Below, one piece after another: positions 8,332 to 20,243 of a stretch of 64,000 bases of DNA (position 1 is its first letter; each line of letters starts with the position of its first letter). This DNA comes from Nemertoderma westbladi (lineage: Eukaryota; Animalia; Xenacoelomorpha), in NCBI GenBank assembly GCA_032718475.1, contig JAUCBJ010000174.1:90706-154705 (forward strand), given 5' to 3'. The position numbers and the translations under genes are program-made. The notes below the pieces were generated by a model. The model saw nothing but the letters and a program-made list of their open reading frames with translations. It searched no databases and was not told where the DNA came from.

Positions 8332-11331
8332 TTATTCTTCTTCTTTACTTAAGAAGTCGGATCCACCTAACCAGCCTGGAGTATCTATCAGTTCTTGAGG
8401 AGTTGCTCCTCTGGAAGCGATGTCGGCTGGATTAATCGTCCCAAGGCAATGTCTCCATTGATCTACATTGGAGTTAATATCGTCATTATCTGAGGAGTAT
8501 GGTGTTCCCTCAGTTGGTTCGTCCACCTCACTGCTCTCCACTTCCCATTCCTTTACTTGGTATACCTGTTGTTGAGGTAATCTCTCTTTGAGAGTTCTAC
8601 GGGAAGGGCCAGTGAAGTACCAACCTACTCTAGTTCTTACCGCATAGGTTTGTAGTGGCTGTGGTTGAGCAGGCCGTTTCTCCAATGTCTCTAGCGCCTC
8701 ATGCGCGTTTTGGCCGATGAGTATTTGCACTCCAGGATAATCTGTGTGGAATCGAGGTATCTTAAGCTGCTGGATGCTCTCGTCCTCGTCCCAGTTATAA
8801 GGTTCTACCTGGGTAGTGGCGAAGTTCTTTATAGTCACCATTTTTACTGACCTTATACTTTGTTCTCCTAATTTATCCTGGGGGGTGGACAACGCACCTA
8901 CATAGTAATCTGCCATTATGGTAGATTTCCAAACCTGCATAATTCCTGACATATCCAACTTAGTTCGGAATTTGGGTTGTCCAGCAAAGATGTCTTCGGC
9001 TAGTTCTTGATCGATGAATGTTCCTGTGCTGCCGGAGTCAAGGAGGGCGTTCACTATGTAACTTTTGTTGGGACCGTGAACTCTTACCTGCACTACAGGA
9101 AATTCTCTGATTCCTACGTTGGAAGTTGGAGGTTTCCAAGATGGTTGTCTGTCAAAGGTAGTTGGGGGGAACTCATTGTCGGTGTCCTTTTCATACGTAA
9201 GTGCTCGATACACTGCGGTATTTATTAGGTAACAGGATTCGTTGGCGTCGGAGAATTCGTCCGTATAGAATCCTTCCATCTCAGACTCTTGATCAGTGTC
9301 ATTTACATCACTGAATTGGACATGTAGTTCGGGCTCACTTACCTGACTCGGGTTGTTTCGTTCGAATTCACTGCGTAGCAAGATGTGATGTTTCGCACCG
9401 CACTTTGCACACTTTACTTCGGAGTAACAGGTTCGCCGTTGGTGTCCTGGTCTGAGGCAATTATAGCATAACCGCTTATCCCACATGACTTCACGTCTGT
9501 CTACCAGGGATTTCTTTAGGAATTCAGCACACACACTCAAACGGTGGGGCCCGTCGCACAGCGCACATTTTGGTTTGATGTTACTCACTTTACCTTGGGC
9601 AACGTTATGCACTCTCGTTCTTTCTTCGGGCTTTCTTCCGTGAATTCTCTTAGGAGACGTAGGAGGAGTTGTTGTTACCTGTTCTCTCCTGTCACTGGTT
9701 CGAGACTTATATTTACTTACGTCTTTATAGGTCTTGTTGTCATAGTAAGATTTTGCTGTGTCTTTCCCGCTGTCCTCTTCCTGAGAGACTTGGCTTTCGC
9801 CGTCGTCAGTATAACACACTGGTGTTACCCTTCTCCTAGAAACGGGTTTCTCACTTACCTTATTTTCCGATGTTTTCTCTCTGGACTGCTTTATGAGTTG
9901 TAATTTTACTTCACTATCTAAGAAGGACATGAGATCAGCCATGGTAGGGTCTCGTTGTTGTTGTTCCATCATATATAACACTTTCTTGTCCCAGCGTGTA
10001 CCTACTCCACCCTTTGGTAAAGTAGATGCTAAGGCTCCTACAACCATAGAGTTCTGGTATTCATGAGACTTACCTAACCAATCTAGCTGTCTACAGATCT
10101 CCTGAATCTCATCGGAAAATTCTATAATCCCGCTGCTAAGAAACTTTCGGGGCGCCATTAATTTCGCATATAAATACCTAGCTATGTTAGTCCTATTACC
10201 ATACCTGATGTTTAATGTATCCCAAACTTGTCTTAATCCATCTGGATGTCCAATAAATTTTAACGCCATTAACTTGGGAGGTCCTTCCAAGCATTCGATG
10301 AGGTATCTGAGTTTCTCTCCGTTAGATAGCACAGAATTCTGTATGTTATCTTTGTAATATTCATTAAAAGGTAACCATTTCATCTCATCTCCATTGAACT
10401 TGACGATCTCTCCAACCTTTACCGCTTGACGGGCTTCGGTTCTAGCCATTTGACGCGTAAAACTTTCTTGAGCCATCGTATTATTGAATATAGAATTATC
10501 GGTATATAAATTTCTCGGATTATGATCAGGTCTATATGGAATATTATTATCAACAGGTTTATAATCACCCTGAATAGGGTTTACTATAGGAGTTTCTACT
10601 TCACTAGCAGTATAGATGCGTGTAGGCTCCACACCTTGCGCATGAGATACTTCAGACCTAACGGGTTGACACATTGTTACAGGGGGTGGTGGTATACCCT
10701 TTTGTAAATTGACTAATTTATCGCGTTCTAACGCGATACTTTGCTGCACCTTTTGCAACTCTAACCTACTTTCCCTTACTGTTCCCTTGAGCTGCTGAAC
10801 AGTCTCTTCCATTTCCCGGACCTGCTGAGAGGAGCACAAACAGTGTTCCCTCAGCTGCTCGAGCAGGAGACCCATCTCCCGTCGTCCCTCAGCTACCCAC
10901 TCAACCGCCGAAGCGGGAGTCGCCAACGTAGTAGCGGGCGAGCGAGAGACGACGGGCGATAAATTCTTGATATCTCGCTCGGCGTCCAGGACAGGTTCGG
11001 ACTCGGGAACAGTCCTACTGGGCACAGGTAGTTTAGTACTGTACAAAGGGAATTTATAGGCAGGTTCTGGGAGTACAGGTGTCTCTATCTTTCTTTCCGC
11101 TTCTACTGTTGCCATTGCCTCTGCCGCCTTTCTTTCCGCTTCTGCTGTTGCCATTGTCTCTGCCACCTTTCTTTCCGCTTCTGCTGTTGCCATTGCCTCT
11201 GCCGCCTTTCTTTCCGCTTCTGCTGTTGCCATTGCCTCTGCCATCTTCCTTTCAAGACCCTGTCCAAGTCTAAGACTCATTCTAACACCTTCCAAAAGAC
11301 TATCTGACAGTGCCCGTTTTGTGTCAGACAT
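8332..11331 (-). CDS. BEL/Pao Gag-protease polyprotein (999 aa) fused in frame to a short RNase H C-terminal remnant
   Basis: DUF1759-like capsid region (KFNGDEMKW...KLRYL...RYG), three BEL-type Cys/His knuckles, protease LLDSGST, then WRHCLGTINPADIASRG. A DUF5641-like remnant (NRPASRLC) follows the stop. Confidence 0.93.
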   Translation of the reverse strand: MSDTKRALSDSLLEGVRMSLRLGQGLERKMAEAMATAEAERKAAEAMATAEAERKVAETMATAEAERKAAEAMATVEAERKIETPVLPEPAYKFPLYSTKLPVPSRTVPESEPVLDAERDIKNLSPVVSRSPATTLATPASAVEWVAEGRREMGLLLEQLREHCLCSSQQVREMEETVQQLKGTVRESRLELQKVQQSIALERDKLVNLQKGIPPPPVTMCQPVRSEVSHAQGVEPTRIYTASEVETPIVNPIQGDYKPVDNNIPYRPDHNPRNLYTDNSIFNNTMAQESFTRQMARTEARQAVKVGEIVKFNGDEMKWLPFNEYYKDNIQNSVLSNGEKLRYLIECLEGPPKLMALKFIGHPDGLRQVWDTLNIRYGNRTNIARYLYAKLMAPRKFLSSGIIEFSDEIQEICRQLDWLGKSHEYQNSMVVGALASTLPKGGVGTRWDKKVLYMMEQQQRDPTMADLMSFLDSEVKLQLIKQSREKTSENKVSEKPVSRRRVTPVCYTDDGESQVSQEEDSGKDTAKSYYDNKTYKDVSKYKSRTSDRREQVTTTPPTSPKRIHGRKPEERTRVHNVAQGKVSNIKPKCALCDGPHRLSVCAEFLKKSLVDRREVMWDKRLCYNCLRPGHQRRTCYSEVKCAKCGAKHHILLRSEFERNNPSQVSEPELHVQFSDVNDTDQESEMEGFYTDEFSDANESCYLINTAVYRALTYEKDTDNEFPPTTFDRQPSWKPPTSNVGIREFPVVQVRVHGPNKSYIVNALLDSGSTGTFIDQELAEDIFAGQPKFRTKLDMSGIMQVWKSTIMADYYVGALSTPQDKLGEQSIRSVKMVTIKNFATTQVEPYNWDEDESIQQLKIPRFHTDYPGVQILIGQNAHEALETLEKRPAQPQPLQTYAVRTRVGWYFTGPSRRTLKERLPQQQVYQVKEWEVESSEVDEPTEGTPYSSDNDDINSNVDQWRHCLGTINPADIASRGATPQELIDTPGWLGGSDFLSKEEE
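11090..11250 (-). repeat. 39-bp in-frame tandem repeat (about 4 copies) in the gag N-terminus
   Basis: Encodes repeated AEAMATAEAERKA. Confidence 0.9.
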
Positions 11332-13139
11332 GTTTGTTTGTACAGTTGAATGCCTACTGCTATATTACAGTTAAAGCAAGTCTAGTAATTCAGTATCACT
11401 GCAAGCCTAGCGATTAATTACCGATACCGTTACTCGGTGTAACGTGATATATATACAATATATTAGAATACCGGTATGCTTATAGTATATCTATAAGTAT
11501 TATTACAGACTAGATTTGTCACAGAGTACCGGTATATAATTTTAGCACAAATATATATAAATATATAATAGGCCTATCGTGAATACGGTATACAGCTGAC
11601 ACTTATAGTATATATAAGTATAATTATTACAGACTTGAATTAATTACAGAATACCGTTATGATTTCAGCCTAAATTTATAGAAATAAATATAATAAGCCT
11701 ATTGTAGATACCGGTATGTCAATTATTTTAGAATAATTGAATTTCTGAAATTTTTAGGGTTACTTAGTTACTTCAATTTACTCTATTACCGTTATTTAAG
11801 CAGTAGTCCAACTGATATTAAGACCTGAGGATTGTATGACAGGCCTACTATTTTATTAATAGATTTGGATTGATTTATGTTATATATACCCGTATGAGGG
11901 GTTTTTTGTTACAATATTGAAATAGATGTTACTATTTCTGGGAAGTAATCACTACACAAAAGCTGTGCGCTCTCAGTGAAGTGCTACTTATTAGACACTA
12001 AAACAGATAATTCTACTTCCTAAGTTACTTATCTACAAATTACTTACGATACGGGTGAGATTAATTCTCTAACTAAACACAACAAAAATATTACGTATGA
12101 AATTTTAGGGTAATTTTACAGGGAAACTACAAACCAGTCTAACAAAGGGTTAGAACTTCTGGTTATTACAACAGACAGGATACTACGGTATTTGAGAATA
12201 ATAAGTAGTAGTAAATACACTGCGTTGTCCAGATAGGAAAATACCACCGCCTGACGACCTATAGCCGTATCGCTATAGGTACTACGTTATGTATCACGGA
12301 GTGTCCCTACCTAGAAGTTAATTACAGCGGTCTACCAGAACCAACGTGCCTATTAACCACTTTACAACACAAATATACTGCCTGCACACTAATTACTTTC
12401 GGAAAGCACTGTACACTAAACCCTAAATTAGGTACAAGTACTTATTAAAAACAGATAACTAGCAGTTAAATATACTTGAACAGTTAAAAGAACCACGGCA
12501 TCTGCTGGAGTGACCGGAGCACAAAGTCACCAGTCTTTACCTACGCCAAGCAGCCCGTGTAGTACCGGGGTTAATTTAACTATAACGGTATGTGTAACAA
12601 GCACAATTACTGTAGGAATAAACTTGGGGACATGAATGTTGCGAATAATCGCATAAACTCTGAATAATAAATATTACGCTACCCGTACAGAATACTCAAA
12701 CAAAATACAAACTAAACGCTGGCAGACTACCATCAAGCCTAAATAAACTACAGTATGTGCAGATTCCAAAATGGTTAGTTAGTATGCGTTCTAACACGGT
12801 AGTACGACTTATTCTTTAAGAGGGGATTGACCTTACAGCTCTGGCTGCCCCTACTTCCTAACCGTACTTTATCGGACATACACTCTACATGCACTGCAAT
12901 CCGTTCAGACCCAACAACAGTCAGAACAACAGTCCAGCCTACAAATTATCTGTACAATCTGAGCAGGGTTACACGCCTTCTGCTCAATATTAGCCTACTA
13001 GTAAATAAAACTGACAGAAATAAGTAAACTATACAAAGAATGAGGGGTGATCAATCCCTATTCCCCTGGCAGCCTACAATATACAATATATCACAATCGA
13101 AATAATACTAATGTACTTGCACTGGAAGTACCGGTTAGG

Positions 13140-13255
13140 ACAGTTAGGCCTACTGACCTACAGCAGTACCGATTCTGACAGTTGGGCCTACGGACCTACA
13201 GCAGTACCGATTCTGGCAGTTGGGCCTACGGACCTACAGCAGTACCGGTTCAGGT
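13140..13255. repeat. Short tandem repeat (about 37 bp x3) in the BEL 5' UTR
   Basis: CAGTTGGGCCTACGGACCTACAGCAGTACCG repeated. Confidence 0.8.
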
Positions 13256-13316
13256 TTACTGGTCGACCGGTACTTTCAACTTTATTGCTTACTGCAATAA
13301 AGAAGATAACTGTTAT

Positions 13317-14546
13317 TGTACGCGCTTTTGAAGACCTTTAGCAGTTTAACCTGCCAAAATTTATATGTCTTTTGGTTTATAAATAGACTTTAGTAAATGA
13401 CAAGTATTTAATACCAATAAACACAACATTAGCCGAAGCCAGCCTAGTGCGCGTCCATTCACCCGCTGGATATACCCGGGAGACTGGATTCGGAGGGCTT
13501 AGATTTTATTATTGCAGTGTAAGCTTACTGTATTATTCGATTGATCGTTAATAAGTAATTTCTGACGAGTATTATTCACTTTCGGGAAATATTAACAGTT
13601 CCTTTAGGACGTGGCGCTCTATCTAGGTAAACAGAGATATGACTTATACTAAACACAACTGTAAGACTGTAAGGCTTATGATTCACGTATGAGGCGCATT
13701 CTTTAGGAAATGCTTAGTTATCAGCCACAATCATGCACACTACCGGTAACGCACAATACGGCACAATAATCTGCCGACCGTCAATGAATTTTATCATATA
13801 TAAAGAGAACAGCAATTGACTCATGTAGTGCCTATCAAATAGCATTAAACTCACTACAAACCACGATAATATAAGTCGCAATCGCTATGTAACCTGTCTC
13901 TCTAACCTGTAGTGTATCAAGAAAATTGGGAAATTTGGGTTCTTTATAGATGTTCTCCAAATAATATTCAACCAACTGATACAATAATAACAACAGTAAA
14001 AGCATTAAGACGGTAGGTTAAGATATGATATGATTGTTTGGTTAGTTTATAATTATGGCGAGATAACAGTTATACGTTCTATAATCTAAGCCTACTAATG
14101 TTTCTTCTAAAGTCTGAAAACAATTGACTCTAGAGCCGGTGTTCTTGGCCTAGATAGAAACAACACAACAGTAACAAAAACACTCTCTGACTCTAACACC
14201 GTTGCAGGTATCTTTTTACACAGAGAGGAATAGCTCTCATTGGCAGAACACCAGATTCCACAGGTTCCACGAATATCTAAATGCCGAACTATGAGGATTT
14301 TTGCAGCCCTTGGCCAACACACAAAATGAGTCACTCCGCTCGGTTGCCCTGGTTGCATACTCTGCTGCTATAGCTCTGGTTGGCCGATAGAACATAGCAA
14401 AGAGCCCCTCGTATAACAAATCAGCCAATCAGCCGGTCGCTTTGCATCATTCGAGTTAGAGAGCTTTTTAGAGTATTCCAGCGCCTGGGGGGGGAACTGG
14501 ATTGCAAAGCAAAAGGGCCAGTTACATCCCCACAAAAGCTTTTACA
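13317..14546 (-). repeat. 5' LTR of the BEL/Pao element
   Basis: Direct repeat of 3369-4599, followed by the TSD TGAGC. Confidence 0.95.
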
Positions 14547-14659
14547 TGAGCACTCCTGTCGTGTGGCAGGTATCCCAAGGCATCGATAGTGTTCACCAAA
14601 CTAATACAACGAACCTATTTTAAGCAGATGATAAGTTAGTGCCTGGGGACAATCGTCAG

Positions 14660-14850
14660 CCCGTCTGTAAAAGCCTTGACAGTATCCCTTTCAAATTGAT
14701 CTATATATGTTATGGCCGGTCGTCCACGACTACGCTTTCCATGAGGTGGTTGCCAGAGAAGTAGATCTGGTATGACCTCGTCTTTACTTCGCCAGCAGTG
14801 CCCACTGAATCTTAATCTGCGTTCACGGAGGGTGGTTGATACAGTACAGG
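14660..14850 (-). mobile_element. Non-LTR retrotransposon (RTE-like) 3'-end RT fragment
   Basis: STTLRERRLRFSGHCWRSKDEVIPDLLLWQPPHGKRSRGRPAITYID is typical of RTE-clade ORF C-termini. Confidence 0.75.
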
Positions 14851-15328
14851 TGACGGAAAGGTGGTTGATACAGTACAGGTGGTATTGTGTAATATATTGA
14901 ATAATAGTAGTTCTTGACAAATTTTATGGTTGTGGCTATAATTACACTGTAAACTCTTTGTATTAAATTAATCCAGAGGGAGCGAGTATTGATGTAAATA
15001 AATAGCCGAAAAGGCTTCAAAACTCGACTAGGAAGTCTACAAATTTATTAAATTCGGAAAATAGTGAAAATTATGTTTAATTATATTAATCGTGCTGCGC
15101 GAAGGCCCCACGAATGTGTCATTTAAGTCTTATTTAAAACCTGTCATGTAACTAAATGTAATGAAGGAGCTGAAATAACCCACTGATTTAAGGTTTATTA
15201 TGTTCAAATTGAATTTCTAGTTACAATAGAATAACGACAATCAATTGATAAATGTTACGTTATTAACCAACAGTATCCATTACAATCGTAAGGATTGCTC
15301 GGATATTTATTAAATAAGTTAGACATTT

Positions 15329-15679
15329 TCAGTGTAGTTCTAATGTCATCTTAGTAGACCTAAATGTCACTCCTCCGTGATCGCCCCAATAGATTCCTTC
15401 CCCGTAGTATCTACGCTCTGAATCAAAATCCCCGTTGAGGTTCGTCGTAGAATCCACGGTATGCCACCAACCGCCGGACCGCTCTATAGCCAACTCGGTG
15501 TTATCGGAATCATCATTGTCTTTGTCTCTTGTAGAGAACTTTTTCCCTTGAGCTGCCTTCATTCTATCACTCAGGGCAGAAGATTTACTATATTCTACGA
15601 AGTTAAACTTGTAATACGTATCTTCTGAATCAATCGTTACATACTTATAAGTAACCTTTTCGGTGTATGTATTTCCCAT
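15329..15679 (-). CDS. Fibrinogen C-terminal (FReD) domain fragment or exon, possibly a pseudogene
   Basis: KFSTRDKDND...GGWW...NLNG...GIYW motifs. The two cysteines usual in this segment are missing. Confidence 0.75.
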   Translation of the reverse strand: MGNTYTEKVTYKYVTIDSEDTYYKFNFVEYSKSSALSDRMKAAQGKKFSTRDKDNDDSDNTELAIERSGGWWHTVDSTTNLNGDFDSERRYYGEGIYWGDHGGVTFRSTKMTLELH

Positions 15680-15728
15680 AGCCTTAATTGTTAACTCGGT
15701 ATTACTTGGCCTGCCCCCTCCCCCTTAA

Positions 15729-16972
15729 CCCTATTACCACTGGGGTGTTTTCACCATTAGCACCACTGGGGGGGGGGGCCGATTCGGCCCACCCACTATA
15801 TTTTTGTAGTCGTCTAATGAAATCCTACAAAATTTGGGCTGTTGGTGAAACAACTATAGATGAACACTACCAAATCTTAAAAAGTTAAAATTTCATAAGC
15901 AGGGTCTCATAATTTTGATGAAAAATAAAAGTAGTCCCAGGACAAAATTACAAAATTTTTCGTTTTCTAAAAACTAATAGTGTGGCAGTGTTGGCTAGAT
16001 TTAGTAGGTTTTTCAAGACGCTGAATCGAATGTGATTATATTCCACTTCCAAAAATTGAAGTGGATGCTATTTTTCGTGCACCTAAGAAGTGGGCGTGGT
16101 TGAAAAATTAGATATTCAGAAAATGCCCCTAATTTTTTTATTTCAACGCATCTTTATGGGTTTTCTGGGCCGCTGAATCGATTGAAAGTAATATAGAAGC
16201 CTGAAGACTGAGTGGTTCGCCATTTTTGGTGCACCAAAATTAGGGCGTGGCACTTCAAATTTTGAAAAATACGAGATTCGGAAAATAAACCAAAATTGAA
16301 ATTTTAACGAATTTATATAGGTTTTCCAGACCGCTGAATCGATTGAAAGTAATATAGAAGCCTGAAGACTTAGAATTTAGCCATTTTTTGAAATCAAAAC
16401 TTTAGTGTTTTTTCCGAATAAATAAATTTTGAAAATTTGAAGTGCCACGCCCTAATTTTGGTGCACCAAAAATGGCGAACCACTAAGTCTTCAGGCTTCT
16501 ATATTACTTTCAATCGATTCAGCGCTCCAGAAAACCTATAAAAATGCTTTGCAAATCGAAACTTTAGTGTATTTTCCGAATCTCGTATTTTTCAAAATTT
16601 GAAGTGCCACGCCCTAATTTTGGTGCTCCAAAAATGACGTACCACTACACTTACATACTTGTATAGAGCATTAGAGTGATCCAAACCAATAAAAATAAAT
16701 AAAAATAGCCCAAACACAAATAATTACTAAATCACAAATGACTTTGTAAAATTCGAAAATTTCAAAAAATTTGGTGCTGGAGACCAAATTTTGAGGTGAC
16801 ACCCACATCGAAAAGTAGAAATCCAATTGCAACGGCGTTTTTTGCAAAAGATGCGGCATTAAATTTGGCTAATTCTCACAAAAAATTGGGCCGGTACGTA
16901 ATGTGGTTGCATAGTTACAGCAACTAAAAACTAGGAAGGGGCCGATTCGGCCCCCCCCCAGTGCTAATAGGG
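15729..16972. mobile_element. Non-autonomous piggyBac-type element with an internal inverted duplication
   Basis: TTAA|CCCTATTA...TAATAGGG|TTAA termini, GGGCCGATTCGGCCC subterminal palindromes at both ends, and internal inverted repeats (about 16160-16290 versus 16430-16630). Confidence 0.85.
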
Positions 16973-17964
16973 TTAATTAAAAGTTTCAACTTTTCCGTAC
17001 GCCTGTGTTTATGGCAAACCCCCCAAAAAATTGTTATACTCCCTAGGTTTTGTTAGGCCTATTTTCGTTTTGAGAATGTTTTAAAAAAATTATGTATTAA
17101 TTTTGTTAAAGAATAGAGCCCTACAATAAAAAATTATTGTTCGAGAACATTATATATAAAATAATAATTAAAAATTATCATAAAAATAATAGAATTATTT
17201 TTAATTGATTATTGTTTAAAACCATGTATTACAACATATTAATGTACAGTAGTAGGTAACACCCCCAAAATTGAACCTCGCATTTTGGTGTCTCTGAACC
17301 CTAAAATTGGGTGTAAACTATTTTTGTGCTACTAAACATCGTCTGCGTTGTTTAAGAATAGCCAAACCAAATATTATAAAAATTGGCCCCAAAATGGGAT
17401 AAAACCCGAAAACATCGACAAAAGGCGAAATTATCAACGAAGTAAAGTAAAAGTAAATTTTCTTCGGCCACTACACTGAAAAATCGTACCAGTGGTTCTT
17501 TTTTAAAAAACCTCTGGTTTTCGAAAATAACCCCAGGTTAATTTGGTGAATTTTTGACCTGCGGTTAATTTCGAGGAACCAGAGTTTATCGATTCAAAGA
17601 TAACCTGTGGTTAAATTTTATAAATTAAACCTCAGGTTGTTTTTCGTATATATTACCTTTTTAATTATCATGATTTACTTGCCTTTTTCTTACTGGTTTT
17701 TATCATCTTTTTCTTCAATACCAGTTTTTAATTTCCTTTTTTTTTCGTATTGGTTTTTCTTTCCATTTTTTTAAAATAATGCCTGGACTATCGCTAAGCA
17801 GCCTTATTGCTGCTCCGATTCGCCTCAGATTATACAATATTATTTAATCTCTTGATAAATTGGTATAATTACAGCATTATTATAGATAGATTTTCAGATT
17901 GCAGTAGCAGTACCGGTACTGCAGCAAAACTGCAGTTTACAAAAACCCGTTCAGCACTCTCGCA

Positions 17965-18150
17965 ATGGACAATACATATGTAAAACAAATTGCAGATGCG
18001 GCAGAATCATCAGTGAGAACTATCATGTTTAACTGTGCCATGAGGGAAGATGATATGATTTGTGCAGATTCTTTTGATGGGACAAATATGAAACAAGGAT
18101 TTCAGTCTCTCTATGGCGCAGCTTTCGTAATTTACAGAAAACTGGTCTAA
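17965..18150 (+). other. Small ORF or exon with weak DUF4806/BEN-like pattern
   Basis: VRTIM...DDMICADSFDGTNMKQGFQSL resembles that pattern by eye only. Confidence 0.25.
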
Positions 18151-20113
18151 TATTGGATTACGATATTTGTTCGAAATTTTGTAATGTTTGAGGTACCGGT
18201 ACTGAGCTGGAGCAGGAGGAATCTGTAGATCACGATTTGCGATAAATATCAATTTGGGAAATTGTGGTTTTTTATTGTGGTTCTTCATACCTCTTCCATC
18301 CGGTAGCCTAGGAGACCTTGGGCCACCCTGGCCATGACTGCCTGAAACATCCGAGTTCCTGAAGGAGATCGGGGCAAGTCTCCACTCTGTCACCCAGGAG
18401 CCCTGATCTCACTGCTTCCAAACCACAGAACCAATACTGTTGGCCTAATAGCCAAAGTATTGGCCTACCATGTACTGAACTGATATAGCATTAGAAGGGA
18501 ACAGTAGTCAGCCCTATGTTTACAAAAGTAATTATGCTTACACTTAAAATCAAAGCAATAGTAATATAAATGCGGTTACAGTATGCTACCTGCCTTGCTG
18601 CCTTATAGGCCTAAACAAATATTAAGAAAAGTGGTCCGATCGCGTGATCGATCTACACATTCAGGCCATTAGCTATATATAAAATAACACAATACACAAA
18701 CCCAGAACAGTAATAATGTACAGAATATTGTTGTTGGTTTGCTTATAGGCAGTGCAGGCATAACATGTAACCAAATGATAGCCAATAGTTTAGCCAATCA
18801 ATGAAGGCTGCTGTAAAAGCTATCTGCCTGTGAGTCATTAGTAGCAGAGTGGAATTTATCTTCATAGGGCCTTCAAGAATGTAGAGAAGTTAACTAATAT
18901 TGGTTAAGATGTATTACTGTAGGTTCTATTGGGAAATAGATTCTATAGGGAAATTCACTGATTGACAAAGGATTCGCTGGTCCACTAGGATACAGTGCTT
19001 TAGATCCACAATAATTTTTTTGTCCTTCGAATTAATTCATTATGTCCGCTGATTTTGTATTTTTATGTCCGCCAAAATTGCTACCGCTAATGCCATTCTC
19101 AGGCTATTAGTATGGAGCAGTATATTGTAGGTAGCGAGATATATTGTAGGTAATGAGAGCCTTACAATTATACTGTATTATACTACAATAGATTTGGACT
19201 GAGATTCGGATTAGAGGAACGGTGGTTCTGAGTTAATCAACAATTGATTAATGTATCATAAGTAATAATGATTTGATTTTAAGGGATGTATTTTTATAAA
19301 AATATTATGAAGTGTTTAGTGTTTATTCTTTATTACTTTACTGTATATGTGCGTTGTAGTTGTTGTGTACTGTTTATATTATACTGTATGTGCGACGTAT
19401 ACGTATGTGTACTGTTTAGTGTTTAGTGTTTATACTTTATTATTTTACTGTATAAGTACGTTGTAGTTGTGTACTGTTTATCCATTTATATTATACTGTA
19501 TGTGCTTTGTATATGTGTTCTGTATAAATCTTTATACTTTATTATTTTACTGTATATGTGCGTTGAAGTTGTTGTGTACGGTGTATGCGTTTATATTATA
19601 CTGTATGTGCTTTGTATATGTGTAATGTTTAGTGTTTATACCTTATTATTATACTGTATATATGCGTTGCAGTTGTTGTGTACTGTGTATTCATTTATAT
19701 TATACTGTATGTGCTTTGTATATGTGTAGGCCTACTGTTTAGGGTTTATACTTTATTATTATTCTGTACATGTGAGTTGTAGTTGTTGTATGTGCGCTGT
19801 AGTTGTTTATTCATTTATATTTTAATGTATTTGTTTTATCCATTTATACATTTCTATTGTAATGTATAATATGTGCTTTCTGTTTGTACAGTTATTGTGT
19901 AATGTGTGTGTATGTGCGTTGTAGGTACAGTAGTGTGTAGTCTGTAGTGGTAGTTTATACATGTTTCATTATACTGTATATTTTTCCATTAATAGATTTC
20001 AATTTTACTGTATATGTGCGTTCTATTTTTTGTATACTGTATAGTATATACTGCTAGGCCTATATACCGGTAACTTTGCTGTCCAGTGCCCAATAATTAA
20101 TACTTTTAAAATT

Positions 20114-20156
20114 TAGCATTGATAAAGATAGCCATTGGCTTACGAAACGTCTGCTA
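20114..20156 (+). ncRNA. Minimal type I hammerhead ribozyme (U3-A8 core variant)
   Basis: Stem I TAGCA/TGCTA, core TTGATAA, stem II AGCC-ATT-GGCT, then GAAACGTC with a palindromic ACGT stem III, as in Penelope hammerheads. Confidence 0.75.
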
Positions 20157-20243
20157 GGCCTAAGGGTACTATTTTTTCATACCTGTGGCTGACAGTCCTT
20201 CCTTTGTTTTATCTTTTAATATTTACTCGCCATATTCCCCAAC

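Larger units (their letters stand above)
3369..14546 (-). mobile_element. Full-length non-autonomous BEL/Pao LTR retrotransposon (gag-PR intact, pol largely deleted, accessory 3' ORF)
   Basis: Near-identical LTRs with TG...CA ends, 5-bp TSD TGAGC (3364-3368 and 14547-14551), PPT-like TTTTCTGGGAGCGG directly before the 3' LTR, and BEL-type gag/protease. Confidence 0.95.
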
